Origin: an uncultured Mediterraneibacter sp.
Lineage (GTDB): Bacteria > Bacillota > Clostridia > Lachnospirales > Lachnospiraceae
DNA length: 64,000 nt
Direction of reading: 5' to 3'
Assembly: GCA_944375765.1 (NCBI GenBank)
Contig: CALWAR010000054.1
Coordinates: 4,535 to 68,534 of the forward strand
Below the pieces are notes generated by a model. That model did not search any database, was not told the DNA's origin, and was given only the letters and a program-made list of their open reading frames with translations. A program made the translations under genes and the position numbers. Shown piece after piece: positions 1 to 9,737 of the stretch (its first letter is position 1; every line of letters begins with the position of its first letter).

Positions 1-150
1 AATGATCCGCGTTTTAATCGAACGGACAGCCTGACGCTTGAGCCTTCTCCGTCCGCAGCCCCCGGCAGGGGGCAAGGCGGAGACGGCGGAGCGTCTCTTG
101 ATTTAATAGTAGTTCCACATTATCAGAAAAATAGAAGAAAGTGAGGTGAT

Positions 151-1077
151 TTGTTGCAATACGAAAAATTACGTCCGGAGGATATTTTTATCTCCGCTGA
201 TGATATTGTAACTGTGACACATATGGGAAATATCACAGAGATATCTTATATGACGAAACATAATTCACAGCCCAAAGCAATCAAAGTATCAGAAGATGAA
301 TATGTGGTTGTAGATACCGGAGAGGTAAAAAAATACGCGAAGAAATCAGAAAACCGGAGTCAGTCTGAAAATTCGATTCGCAAGACGATGCGCCGGATCA
401 GAGAGCTGATACAAACAAATGTAACTGATCCGAAAAAAGTCCGATGGATCACCCTGACATATAGGGAAAATATGACAGATACCAAACGGCTCTATGAGGA
501 TTTCAGACGATTCAACCAGCGGCTGATATATCAGCTTACAAGCTGTGGAATCGAGAAGCCGTCCTATATCTGCATAGCAGAACCACAGGGGCGTGGTGCG
601 TGGCACATGCATATTCTTTATATCTGGAAAAACAGGCCGGCTCCATTTATACATAATGATGCCTTTGCTGATCTCTGGGGGCACGGCTTTACAAAGATCA
701 AGGCACTGAAAGGCACGGATAATATAGCAAACTACTTAATGTGTTATCTGACAGATATCGAGATTGCCCCGGAACTAAAAGAGTATATCCCTGATGATAT
801 GCTGAAAGAGGTCACGGAGAATCAACAGAAAAAAAGTATCGTCAAAGGCGGTCGGCTCCATATGTACCCGGTAAATTTTAACATCGTCCGCCATTCAAAC
901 GATATCAAATATCCGGAGAAAATTAAAATGCCCTACAAAAAGGCGCTGAAATTAGTAACAGGAAAAAAGCTGAAATTTGAAACAGCTTTCCGCATGACGG
1001 ACGGGGAGGACTTTGAAAGTATTGTTGATCGGAAAGAGTACATAGAAGAACCCCCACTAAAAAATTCCGATATCTGA
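151..1077 (+). CDS. Replication initiator protein (HUH-endonuclease-like Rep)
   Basis: 308 aa. It has a GAWHMHILYIW (H-u-H-u-u-u) motif with a downstream NYLMCYL tyrosine region. TTG start, with the SD GAGGTG just upstream; the start may be the second TTG at 154. Confidence 0.55.
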   Translation: MLQYEKLRPEDIFISADDIVTVTHMGNITEISYMTKHNSQPKAIKVSEDEYVVVDTGEVKKYAKKSENRSQSENSIRKTMRRIRELIQTNVTDPKKVRWITLTYRENMTDTKRLYEDFRRFNQRLIYQLTSCGIEKPSYICIAEPQGRGAWHMHILYIWKNRPAPFIHNDAFADLWGHGFTKIKALKGTDNIANYLMCYLTDIEIAPELKEYIPDDMLKEVTENQQKKSIVKGGRLHMYPVNFNIVRHSNDIKYPEKIKMPYKKALKLVTGKKLKFETAFRMTDGEDFESIVDRKEYIEEPPLKNSDI

Positions 1078-1079
1078 AA

Positions 1080-1496
1080 ATGGAGGTAAAGATCATGGAT
1101 GATAGAAATGATAATGAATTTGATATAGAGGTGTCGCTAGACGAAAGCGGAGAATTGAAATTTAGCAGGGGATATGATTATCTCCCCTATACGCCTGACC
1201 GGATCAAGAGGATATTAAAGGACTGCTTCAATGCTGAACTTGAAAATATATGGTTCGGCTATAAAGGACATCGGTTTGAGGGATATGTAGAGCATTACCG
1301 GGTGATAGACTGTGATACTAAAGAAGTGCTTAACGATTATGCTACTTTAGACGGTCTGCGGTATTTTCTGGCAAGAAATCATTTTCCGCTCTATGACCAT
1401 AAATCAGAAAAATGGAAAAACATCAGTTTTAAAGCAATAGAGTTTATGGATGCATTAAAAGAAAGATACGGGGAGGAGAACGTGATCGATGAATGA
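1080..1496 (+). CDS. Hypothetical protein (element-borne)
   Basis: 138-aa ORF tightly packed after rep. It is preceded by the SD-like sequence aatggaggt. No family recognised. Confidence 0.5.
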   Translation: MEVKIMDDRNDNEFDIEVSLDESGELKFSRGYDYLPYTPDRIKRILKDCFNAELENIWFGYKGHRFEGYVEHYRVIDCDTKEVLNDYATLDGLRYFLARNHFPLYDHKSEKWKNISFKAIEFMDALKERYGEENVIDE

Positions 1497-1776
1497 CCGC
1501 GCTGTAAAACAGCTTTTAAGCGCCCTGACAGGTCAGCTTGAGGAAATGGATGTCCCCTCCCTAAAAGCCCTCACAGGGCAGATCAGAGGGGTTATAAAGG
1601 CGGATTTCAGCCGTGTTACCGATCGGGGCAGGGTGATCGAGGAACTTGACATTGAGTTAGCCGATCAAAGCCGTTTTGCCCTGATTTTGGAAAAAGGGGT
1701 CTGTACTTTACAGCTTGCCCCTTTCGAGGATAAAGAGATCAGTGATCCGTTCAGCCAGACACTATACATAAAATAA
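1489..1776 (+). CDS. Hypothetical protein (element-borne)
   Basis: 95-aa ORF with an 8-nt overlap onto the previous ORF, suggesting translational coupling. No family recognised. Confidence 0.45.
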   Translation: MNDRAVKQLLSALTGQLEEMDVPSLKALTGQIRGVIKADFSRVTDRGRVIEELDIELADQSRFALILEKGVCTLQLAPFEDKEISDPFSQTLYIK

Positions 1777-1790
1777 AACAGGAAAGGAGA

Positions 1791-1914
1791 TTCTAGCTGA
1801 TTTAGCCAATGCCTAAAATGTATTGTAATGTTTTGTAGCGTAATGTGGCGTTTCGCACCGCCCATGGTTTGTCTTAGCGATTGGCTAGAATTAATTCCTG
1901 AATTGGTTGCTAGA
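1791..1914. repeat. Three copies of a CTAGC..CCAAT motif upstream of int, one direct and two inverted
   Basis: The copies are ttctagctgatttagccaat (1791-1810), attggctagaa (1880-1890) and aattggttgctag (1901-1913). They may be regulator or recombinase binding sites. Confidence 0.4.
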
Positions 1915-1925
1915 TAGTATATGCT

Positions 1926-3194
1926 ATGACCAAAAACAACTTAGATTTTTCTAAAATAAACACCGAACAAATGTTTTCTTTTCTTGTCGAAAATGGTATA
2001 ATAGATATAGGTGATACGTTAAATGCTATGACAGAAAAACACAAAGAAAGCCTACTTAAAAAACATCCATTTGATATATGGCAAGGAAAAGATTCTCGTT
2101 ATCGAACATATATTAAGGATGAATCAAAACCATCCGGGAGGAGGATGATAGTCAAAACTCACGAGCAGGATTTACTTGATTACCTTGCGGAATTTTATGA
2201 GAAGCAGGAACAGGACAGATCAATCAAAAACTATACTCTTGAAAGATTGTATCCGGAATGGAAGAAATACAAGTCTCTCCATACAACTGCTGAAACTTAT
2301 ATAACACGCATCAATTCTGACTGGAACACTTATTACAAGAATACAGATATTATTAAAGTTCCAATCAAAGACCTGACAAAACTTGATCTCGATGAATGGG
2401 CTCATAAGCTGATAAAAGATTACAATATGACTAAAAATCAATATTATAATGTCACGGTTATCATGCGTCAGGCTTTATTATATGCGGTTGATCTGGGAAT
2501 CATCGAGAGCAGTCCCTTTTCACTCATAAAGATTGATGGAAAGCGACTCTTCCGCAAGACAAAGAAAAAACCTGATTACACACAGATATTTTATCAGAAT
2601 GAAGTTGATGAAATTTCTAAGATGGCACTGGATGATTTTCATAACAGGGTAAAGGTCTATGAACTCGCTCCGCTTGCGCTACTCTTCCAGTTCCAGACCG
2701 GTCTACGGATCGGTGAGTTATGTGCCGTACGTTATGATGATATTGAAACTCCTGATTACATTCATATTCAAAGAATGGTTCGCCGTGATACAAAAGAAGT
2801 GGTGGAACACACAAAAACGAGTTACGGTGATCGTCAGGTATTCCTTACAGCACAGGCAAAGCATTTGATAGCCTTAGCTAAAGAACGACAGGAAAGTTTA
2901 GGCGTTGACAGTTCCGACTATATTTTCTCAATTAACGGAAAACCTCTAACGGAAAGATCAGTTGCTACTCTTTATATTAAATACTGTAAAAAGGCAGGAA
3001 TCATTCAAAAGAGTTCCCATAAATCAAGAAAGACCTACATATCCGCTCTGATCGACGGGAAAGTAAATATCAATACTGTTCGTGAGATGGTCGGACATGC
3101 CGATGAACGTACCACACTAGGGAATTATGCTTTTGATCGAAAGACCGAATCCGAAAAGGCTCAAATGATTGAAAATGCACTGAATGCAGGCTGA
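1926..3194 (+). CDS. int: Tyrosine-type site-specific integrase
   Basis: 422 aa. The C-terminal catalytic signature is present: GLRIGEL (Arg), HKSRKT (H-x-x-R) and VGHADERTTLGNYAF (His and Tyr). It lies adjacent to a tRNA gene. Confidence 0.9.
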   Translation: MTKNNLDFSKINTEQMFSFLVENGIIDIGDTLNAMTEKHKESLLKKHPFDIWQGKDSRYRTYIKDESKPSGRRMIVKTHEQDLLDYLAEFYEKQEQDRSIKNYTLERLYPEWKKYKSLHTTAETYITRINSDWNTYYKNTDIIKVPIKDLTKLDLDEWAHKLIKDYNMTKNQYYNVTVIMRQALLYAVDLGIIESSPFSLIKIDGKRLFRKTKKKPDYTQIFYQNEVDEISKMALDDFHNRVKVYELAPLALLFQFQTGLRIGELCAVRYDDIETPDYIHIQRMVRRDTKEVVEHTKTSYGDRQVFLTAQAKHLIALAKERQESLGVDSSDYIFSINGKPLTERSVATLYIKYCKKAGIIQKSSHKSRKTYISALIDGKVNINTVREMVGHADERTTLGNYAFDRKTESEKAQMIENALNAG

Positions 3195-3204
3195 ATATCA
3201 AACT

Positions 3205-3233
3205 GTAATCACAGGTGTAATCAAAAGTAATCA
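3205..3233 (+). repeat. Three direct GTAATCA repeats between int and the tRNA (candidate arm-type sites)
   Basis: GTAATCA occurs at 3205-3211, 3217-3223 and 3227-3233. Confidence 0.45.
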
Positions 3234-3366
3234 TAAAAAATAGAGACATCTTTGCTTTTACACTTGCTTCAAAAAACGGGTTGAAAGGGCTGAAACCCTT
3301 GAAAACACGCACAAAAAAATCGCCGTCCCCGCAGCTTCTTTGTCTGCAAAAACAGCGATTTCTAAG

Positions 3367-3439
3367 TGCGCGATCAGGGGATCGAACCCTGGACACCCTG
3401 ATTAAGAGTCAGGTGCTCTGCCAGCTGAGCTAATCGCGC
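3367..3439 (-). tRNA. tRNA-Lys (anticodon CTT)
   Basis: The reverse complement folds as a canonical cloverleaf: acceptor GCGCGAT/ATCGCGC, D stem GCTC/GAGC, anticodon stem CCTGA/TCAGG with loop CTCTTAA, and T arm CAGGG-TTCGATC-CCCTG. CCA is not encoded. Confidence 0.95.
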
Positions 3440-3473
3440 TTATCTTACGTATCTAGTATGTGACGCAAAAGCT

Positions 3474-3502
3474 ATTATATACGACAGTTTATAAAAATGC
3501 AA
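3474..3502 (-). promoter_or_regulatory. Sigma-A type promoter for tRNA-Lys
   Basis: On the minus strand: TTGCAT (3502-3497), a 17-nt spacer, then TATAAT (3479-3474). This sits about 30 nt upstream of the tRNA 5' end. Confidence 0.6.
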
Positions 3503-3565
3503 GCATTTTTTTACATTTTTCTCTCGCTTTTTTCACGCTTTTTTCACGGTCTTATGATCGTCCTG

Positions 3566-3871
3566 CTAAAATAATTTCTCCAGAACGTCTGCTGATACTA
3601 CTCCCACCACAGCTCCGGTCACTTCTCCGCCGGAAAATGCCAGAAAAGCAGGAACTCTGTCTACACCGTAGCGCTCCATGAGCAGAGCCGAGTCTTCTTC
3701 ATCGATCCGGCACACCTTGATCCTGCCGCTGTTCGCAGATGCAAACTGTTCCAGCACATCCTCCATCATCGCGCATCGCGGACACCACGAAGCATAGAAT
3801 TCCAGCAGCACCGGCATCCTGCACTCTCTGACCTCCTGCCCGAACTGTGCGGGGCTTATCTCCATGACCAT
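3566..3871 (-). CDS. trx: Thioredoxin-family protein
   Basis: WCPRC active-site motif and a thioredoxin-sized protein of about 101 aa. The start was chosen at the ATG preceded by AGGTG. Confidence 0.8.
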   Translation of the reverse strand: MVMEISPAQFGQEVRECRMPVLLEFYASWCPRCAMMEDVLEQFASANSGRIKVCRIDEEDSALLMERYGVDRVPAFLAFSGGEVTGAVVGVVSADVLEKLF

Positions 3872-4133
3872 ATCTAGCACCTGCCTTTCCGATCGTTCCT
3901 GTCACACCCATGACAGATGCCTGAATTCAGTATCTTACATACTTCCAGCATGGAACCGCGGATACAGAGCAGCCGTCTGTTAAGTCCCGGTCTGCAGTAG
4001 AACATCTCCCGGATGCATGACTTCCAGCATTTTTTCCTCATCTATATACACCTGCCTTCCGAGGGTTATAAACTATTATATGCCAGCCGTCCCGGAATGT
4101 ACCGCATTCCCCGCATTCTTTCCCTATCTCACG

Positions 4134-4784
4134 CTATTTCCCTGCTGCGATAAGTTTATTGATCGGATTCCCTTTCCCCGAGAATTTTTCTTCGTACTCT
4201 GTCATGATGTTTCCCCGGTTCATCTCCTCATCGTGATGGAGGTCGCAGGTAAACTCTTTGAGCGTCCATCCGGCTTCTCTTAGCTGTTCCAGAGAAAAGT
4301 TGAAAAGTTCTGTATTATCGGTCTTGAACTCCAGCGTTCCATGGGGCGCGAGCACATTTCCGTACCGGTCCAGAAACTCCGCCGAAGTCAGGCGTCTCCT
4401 GGCATGTCTTGCTTTTGGCCACGGATCAGAAAAGTTCAGGTAGATCCTGTCCACCTCATTTTTAGCAAACACTTCTTCTATCCGTCTCGCATCCATACAG
4501 ACAAATCTCACATTCGTCAGGTCATTGAATTCGTCTGTATCATATTTTTCAACGGCGCGCAGCAGCACGCTGGAATATCTCTCGATCCCTACATAGTTGA
4601 TCTTTGGGTGCTCTTTCGCCATATTTAAAATGAAGCGGCCTTTTCCCATACCGATCTCAATACGGACCGGATGCTGATTGCCAAACACCTGCCCCCAGCA
4701 TCCTTTCTGGTCTTCCGGTCTTTTTATCACCGCGCTGTGAGCCTGGATCGTCCTTTCTGCTCCCGGTATATTTCTCAGTCTCAT
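4134..4784 (-). CDS. trmB: tRNA (guanine-N7)-methyltransferase
   Basis: Motifs IEIGMGKGRF and NFSDPWPKARHARRRL. The start was trimmed to MRLRNIPGA, which follows the SD AAGGGGGA. Confidence 0.9.
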   Translation of the reverse strand: MRLRNIPGAERTIQAHSAVIKRPEDQKGCWGQVFGNQHPVRIEIGMGKGRFILNMAKEHPKINYVGIERYSSVLLRAVEKYDTDEFNDLTNVRFVCMDARRIEEVFAKNEVDRIYLNFSDPWPKARHARRRLTSAEFLDRYGNVLAPHGTLEFKTDNTELFNFSLEQLREAGWTLKEFTCDLHHDEEMNRGNIMTEYEEKFSGKGNPINKLIAAGK

Positions 4785-4975
4785 GGATCGTTCCCCCTTA
4801 TTAATAGAAAATGCATCCCCATCATAACACGGCTCTTTGGACAGGTCAAAATATTCTGTATCCAGCAAACGGCGAAATTATAACGCGATCTTTACTTGCT
4901 TTTTTTCTCAGAAGGTGTATGATAATGTATATTGATGATGTGTATTAGTATTTTCTTACAAACAGGAGGCTTCAC

Positions 4976-5287
4976 ATGGACTCTATTGTAAACAAATTGA
5001 CGGAAATAGAAGATGCGGCGTCAGCGATCGTTCAACATGCCGAGGATCAGAAAGAAATCCTCAACAAGGAATATGACGAAAAGCGAAAAGTGTTTGACGA
5101 TGAGCTTGAGAATAAGACCGAAGCGCGTTTAAGCGCTATCCGCTCTGAGCTGGAGGAAAATACTTCGCGTATCCTTGACAGTCAGAGTGATTCCAGTACG
5201 GAGCTGATACAGGCTCTGCAAAAGGAATATGAAGAAAAGCACACAGAATACGCCCATGAAATACTGAAACGGATCACCGAGGTGTAG
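4976..5287 (+). CDS. V/A-type ATPase small coiled-coil stalk subunit (G/H-like)
   Basis: 103-aa charged helical protein. It is the first gene of the ATPase operon and has the strong SD AGGAGG. Confidence 0.5.
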   Translation: MDSIVNKLTEIEDAASAIVQHAEDQKEILNKEYDEKRKVFDDELENKTEARLSAIRSELEENTSRILDSQSDSSTELIQALQKEYEEKHTEYAHEILKRITEV

Positions 5288-5290
5288 CCT

Positions 5291-6337
5291 ATGGGAAACT
5301 TGCTTGAATACAGCGGGATCACAACAAAGATCCGCGCAATGGAGGCCAAACTCCTAAAGCCTGAACAGTTTGTCGAAATCGCAAATCTTGGAAATGTCCC
5401 CGAGATCGCCGATTATCTCCGGAAAAACACGGCGTACGCAGATGTGCTTGAGGCGCTGACCGAGGAACAGATCCACCGTGGAAACATTGAGAAAGTGCTG
5501 ATACAGTCGCTCTATCACGATTACACAAAAATATATCGCTTCTGCGGCCAGAAGCAGCGCCGGTTCATGAAGCTGATCCTGAAAAACTTTGAAGTAGACC
5601 TGATCAACTATTGTCTGCGCATTGTGATAAACCACTATAAGCAGCCCTTTGACCTGAACTATAAGCGGACGTTTTTCGACCGGTACTCTCAGATTTCGAT
5701 CGAAAAGCTCATTACTTCACGGACGACAGACGAACTGGTGGAGAGTTTAAAAGAAACGGAGTACTATGCTCCTCTGAAAAAGCTAAAGGACGCACAGAAC
5801 GTCACCCTCTACGATTACGATCTCGCCCTGAACCTGTACTTTTTCACCTCAACATGGAGGGAGCAGAAAAAAGTCCTGAAAAAAGAAGACCTGGAGCTCT
5901 TTATGAGGGACATCGGCTCCAAGATCGATCTGCTGAACCTCCAGTGGATCTACCGGGCCAAAAAGTATTATAATATGAAGCCGGCCGACATTTACCTGCT
6001 TCTCATCCCGATCCACTATAAGCTGTCGACAGATCAGGTCAAGGAGATGGCGGACGCCCCCGGGCTGGAAGACTTTGAAGCTGTCGTGACGCGGACAAGT
6101 TATGCCCGTCATTACAATTTCCGCCAGAATCTGACGATCGAGCAGATGTATGCAGAATGTCTCGAACATCTGTATAAGCTCGACCGACGGCGCAGTCCGT
6201 ATTCTGTCGCCGCGATCGGCACTTATCTCTTCCTCAAGGAAGAGGAAATAAAAAAGCTGACGACCGCCATGGAGTGTGTACGATACAGCCTGACTCCGGG
6301 CGAGACGCTGGCATACGTTGGAGGTAAAACCCAATGA
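5291..6337 (+). CDS. ntpC: V/A-type ATPase subunit C (homolog of eukaryotic subunit d)
   Basis: 348 aa. Assigned from its operon position and a length typical of bacterial V-type subunit C. Confidence 0.75.
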   Translation: MGNLLEYSGITTKIRAMEAKLLKPEQFVEIANLGNVPEIADYLRKNTAYADVLEALTEEQIHRGNIEKVLIQSLYHDYTKIYRFCGQKQRRFMKLILKNFEVDLINYCLRIVINHYKQPFDLNYKRTFFDRYSQISIEKLITSRTTDELVESLKETEYYAPLKKLKDAQNVTLYDYDLALNLYFFTSTWREQKKVLKKEDLELFMRDIGSKIDLLNLQWIYRAKKYYNMKPADIYLLLIPIHYKLSTDQVKEMADAPGLEDFEAVVTRTSYARHYNFRQNLTIEQMYAECLEHLYKLDRRRSPYSVAAIGTYLFLKEEEIKKLTTAMECVRYSLTPGETLAYVGGKTQ

Positions 6338-8280
6338 TCGTAAAAATGAAATTCATCAACATATCCGGTCCGAGAAATGACATCGACCGTGTGACAGACC
6401 TGTATCTCTCCCGCTATGAGATCCAGCTCGAATCCGCCCTGTCAGAACTTAAGACCGTAGATAACCTAAGGCCTTTCGTAGAGCTCAACCCATACCGCGA
6501 CGCACTCGCCAAAGCAAACCAGTTCGTCGGGTATCTTCCCAACGCGGACGATGTAACGCCCGCCAGTGATCTCGGACTCGACGATATGTTCGAGCTCGTG
6601 CGCAAGGCAAATGAAGATTATCAGACACTTCAGGAGAAGAAAGAAAAATTAAAGAAAAAGATCGAGGAGCTTCGTGCGAAACAACAGATCATCGCTCCTT
6701 TCCGCCCAGTGGACTGCGACCTCCACAAGGTGCTGAATTACCGATATATCTCATACCGGTTCGGACGCATCGCAGTGGAATTCTATCACAAGATGCAGAA
6801 ATATCTCATGGATGACTTAAGCGCCATCTTTGTTGAGGGTGAAAGAGATGATAGTTTCGTATATGGGGCTTATTTTGTTTCTCCCGCAGAGTCACAGAAA
6901 GTCGATGCTGTTTTCCGTTCTCTGCATTTTGAGCGGATCGACCTCAAAGACGAATTCGAGGGCACACCGGCATACGCATACCAGTCTCTTGAGCGCGAGA
7001 TCGCCCGTGTCAATCTGGAGACAGAAGACCTGGACAAACAGGCGGGCGAGATGCTCTCTGACAGAGCGCCGCAGCTTATCGCAGCGCGAAACCGGCTCGA
7101 GGAACTGTCTAACAATTTTGACGTCCGCAAACTTGCAGCACGGATGGAGGACAACCAGGAAGACTACTATATCCTCTGCGGCTGGATGGCAGAGGACGAC
7201 GTGGAAAAATTCTTAAAGGAAGTTGAAGAGGACGATAAAGTATTCGTGGTAGTCGAGGACGATCATGACGCTTACTTTGGCGAGCCTCCCACAAAACTGG
7301 AGAACCCGAAAGTGTTCCGGCCTTTTGAGATGTTTGTTCAGATGTACGGACTCCCGGCCCATAACGAGATGGATCCCACCGTATTTGTCGGCATCACGTA
7401 TTCTTTCATCTTCGGCGTCATGTTCGGGGATGTGGGACAGGGGCTGCTGCTCCTGATCGGCGGAGCGCTGATCTATCACTTTAAGAAAGCGCCCCTGGCC
7501 GGGATCATCGCCTCGGCAGGAGTCTTCTCCACGATATTCGGCTTTCTGTTCGGCAGCATCTTCGGCTTCGAGGATGTGCTGCCCGCGCTGTGGATCCGAC
7601 CGATCGACCACATGACTACGCTCCCTTTCCTCGGGAAGCTGAACACAGTGTTCATCGTTGCGGTGGCGTTCGGTATGTTCCTTATCATCGTAGCGATGGT
7701 GCTCCATATCATCAACGCGGCCAGGAGCAAAGACATTGAAGCCGCATGGTTTGAGCCTAACGGCGTTGCCGGACTGATATTCTATGTGGCTGTTGTCGCT
7801 ACGATCGTACTCTTCATGACGGGCAATCCGCTTCCGGGCGGGATCGTATTGGCGATCATGTTCGGCGTGCCGCTGATCGTAATGCTTTTCAGGGAGCCTA
7901 TCACAAGAGCGATACAGAAGCGGGCCGATAAGATGGAGACCGGCAGGGCAATGTTTATCGTACAGGGATTCTTCGAGATGTTTGAGACGCTCCTGAGCTA
8001 TTTCTCCAACACGATCTCATTTATCCGTATCGGAGCATTTGCGGTCAGCCATGCGGCCATCATGGAAGTCGTCCTGCAGCTTGCAGGAGCGGAGAGCGGG
8101 CATCCCAACTGGATCGGCGTGATCTTCGGCAACCTGTTCGTCTGTGGTTTTGAGGGACTGATCGTCGGCATACAGGTACTCCGTCTCGAATATTACGAGA
8201 TGTTCAGCCGCTTCTATAAAGGCAGCGGACACGCATTTGATCCATATACAAAGAGATCCGCAGAAAAAACGAAAAAATAA
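6334..8280 (+). CDS. ntpI: V/A-type ATPase subunit I (membrane a-subunit)
   Basis: 648 aa, with a soluble coiled-coil N-terminal half and a polytopic C-terminal half ending in RLEYYEMFSRFY. ATGA overlap with the previous gene. Confidence 0.9.
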   Translation: MIVKMKFINISGPRNDIDRVTDLYLSRYEIQLESALSELKTVDNLRPFVELNPYRDALAKANQFVGYLPNADDVTPASDLGLDDMFELVRKANEDYQTLQEKKEKLKKKIEELRAKQQIIAPFRPVDCDLHKVLNYRYISYRFGRIAVEFYHKMQKYLMDDLSAIFVEGERDDSFVYGAYFVSPAESQKVDAVFRSLHFERIDLKDEFEGTPAYAYQSLEREIARVNLETEDLDKQAGEMLSDRAPQLIAARNRLEELSNNFDVRKLAARMEDNQEDYYILCGWMAEDDVEKFLKEVEEDDKVFVVVEDDHDAYFGEPPTKLENPKVFRPFEMFVQMYGLPAHNEMDPTVFVGITYSFIFGVMFGDVGQGLLLLIGGALIYHFKKAPLAGIIASAGVFSTIFGFLFGSIFGFEDVLPALWIRPIDHMTTLPFLGKLNTVFIVAVAFGMFLIIVAMVLHIINAARSKDIEAAWFEPNGVAGLIFYVAVVATIVLFMTGNPLPGGIVLAIMFGVPLIVMLFREPITRAIQKRADKMETGRAMFIVQGFFEMFETLLSYFSNTISFIRIGAFAVSHAAIMEVVLQLAGAESGHPNWIGVIFGNLFVCGFEGLIVGIQVLRLEYYEMFSRFYKGSGHAFDPYTKRSAEKTKK

Positions 8281-8331
8281 AATATCTGCCCTGCACGGGT
8301 AAAATTTCAGAGAAATCAGGAGGATTCTACC

Positions 8332-8766
8332 ATGACTTTAGCAACAAAAATCATCTTTATCATCGCTTTGATCGTAAGCATCATCGTCCCGTTCGGTTAT
8401 TATCTGCTTGGACAAAAGTCAAAAAAGCGCTATAAACGCGCCATCGGGACGAATGCATTCTTCTTCTTCGGCGCATTTGCTGTAGCCACGATCATGCTGC
8501 TTGGCGGCCCTGACGTACAGGCTGCCGAATCTGTGGCTGCCGACAGCGGTTTTGCGACCGGACTCGGATATCTCGCAGCAGCCCTTGTTACCGGACTTTC
8601 CTGTATCGGCGGCGGCATCGCGGTCGCGAGTGCGGCAAGCGCGGCGCTTGGAGCGATCAGCGAAGATTCCAGTGTACTTGGTAAATCACTGATCTTCGTA
8701 GGCCTGGCAGAAGGCGTCTGTCTCTACGGGCTGATCATCTCTTTTATGATCTTAGGAAACTTATAA
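8332..8766 (+). CDS. ntpK: V/A-type ATPase proteolipid subunit K
   Basis: The C-terminal c-subunit hairpin carries the GLAEG ion-binding Glu. The N-terminal part is hydrophobic. Confidence 0.85.
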   Translation: MTLATKIIFIIALIVSIIVPFGYYLLGQKSKKRYKRAIGTNAFFFFGAFAVATIMLLGGPDVQAAESVAADSGFATGLGYLAAALVTGLSCIGGGIAVASAASAALGAISEDSSVLGKSLIFVGLAEGVCLYGLIISFMILGNL

Positions 8767-8826
8767 ACATCGTTCACCCGCGCTGTTCACAAAGCCGCAC
8801 GGACGGGTGAACCGGGAGGCAAGCAC

Positions 8827-9135
8827 ATGAAAATGTTTCTTATAAGCGACAATGTTGATACCTACACAGGCATGCGTCTTGCAGGCGTGGACGGTGTCGT
8901 CGTGCATGAGCGTGATGAACTGAGGAAAGCGCTGGAGGATGTTCTGACTGACAAGAGCGTCGGCATCGTTCTCCTGACAGAGAAGTTCGGCCGGGAGTTT
9001 CCCGATATCATAGACACATTCCGGCTGGAGCGGAAGCTGCCGCTTCTCGTCGAGATTCCCGACCGTCACGGAACAGGCCGGCAGAAAGACTTTATAACCT
9101 CATATATCACCGAAGCCATCGGATTAAAACTTTAA
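8827..9135 (+). CDS. V/A-type ATPase subunit F
   Basis: 102 aa with MFLISDNVDTYTGMRLAGVDG, typical of V-type subunit F. Confidence 0.85.
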   Translation: MKMFLISDNVDTYTGMRLAGVDGVVVHERDELRKALEDVLTDKSVGIVLLTEKFGREFPDIIDTFRLERKLPLLVEIPDRHGTGRQKDFITSYITEAIGLKL

Positions 9136-9149
9136 AGGAGGGATTCCTT

Positions 9150-9737
9150 TTGACTCTGGAAGAAAAGATCGCGCACCTGCAGTCTACATCCATGGAGCAG
9201 GCACGCGCCGAGGGAAATGCCGTCATCGACTCCCACCGGGAGGCTCTTGAAAAGGTATTTGAAGATCACAAGGCTGAGGCGCTGCGCCAGGCTGAAACAC
9301 GGATCAAAGCTGAGACGACCAACGCCAGGCTGTCATTGAATCAGGCTGCCGCAAAATCCCAGCTTGAGATCAAGCGCCGCCAGGGAAAAGTGCAGCAGGA
9401 TCTCAAAGATAAAATATTTGCCGAGGCAAACAGCCTTGTACAAGACTATATGAAGACCGAAGATTACAATGATTTTCTTGTCAGGTGCATCCGCGAGGCA
9501 GTCCGCTATGCCGGCGAAGATCCTGTCATAATCTATATCAATCCGTCGGACGAAAAAAAGCGTTCCGATCTCGAGGACGCCACAAAAGCCCGTCTCACGA
9601 TAAGCGCAGAGGACTTTATCGGCGGCGTGCGCGCAGTCATCCGCACCCGCAATATCCTCATTGATAACTCGTTTAAGACACAACTGCGCAACGAGTATGA
9701 TAAATTTATGTTTTTAGGAGGTGACGGCAATGCTTAA
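9150..9737 (+). CDS. ntpE: V/A-type ATPase subunit E
   Basis: 195-aa protein with a coiled-coil N-terminus and globular C-terminus. TTG start after AGGAGG. Operon position fits. Confidence 0.8.
   Translation: MTLEEKIAHLQSTSMEQARAEGNAVIDSHREALEKVFEDHKAEALRQAETRIKAETTNARLSLNQAAAKSQLEIKRRQGKVQQDLKDKIFAEANSLVQDYMKTEDYNDFLVRCIREAVRYAGEDPVIIYINPSDEKKRSDLEDATKARLTISAEDFIGGVRAVIRTRNILIDNSFKTQLRNEYDKFMFLGGDGNA

Larger units (their letters stand above)
1..3366. mobile_element. Integrated element (partial or small), with a Rep-plus-integrase module inserted at the 3' end of tRNA-Lys
   Basis: A HUH-type Rep, two small ORFs and a tyrosine integrase are co-oriented and sit directly against the tRNA 3' end at 3367. 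The block is visibly more A/T-rich than the flanking chromosome. Short direct repeats lie next to int. The left boundary is not resolved. Confidence 0.6.

Noticed and set aside
4785-4868. N-terminal extensions of several ORF-track entries: trmB, the ABC exporter at 19505-19597, murA at 35792-35872, aroK at 36536-36694, the FHA gene at 45290-45469, spoIIE at 55989-56057 and GH13 at 50695-50799.
   Set aside because: Internal ATGs with proper SD spacing give N-termini that match the family norms. The upstream extensions lack an RBS or overlap neighbouring genes.
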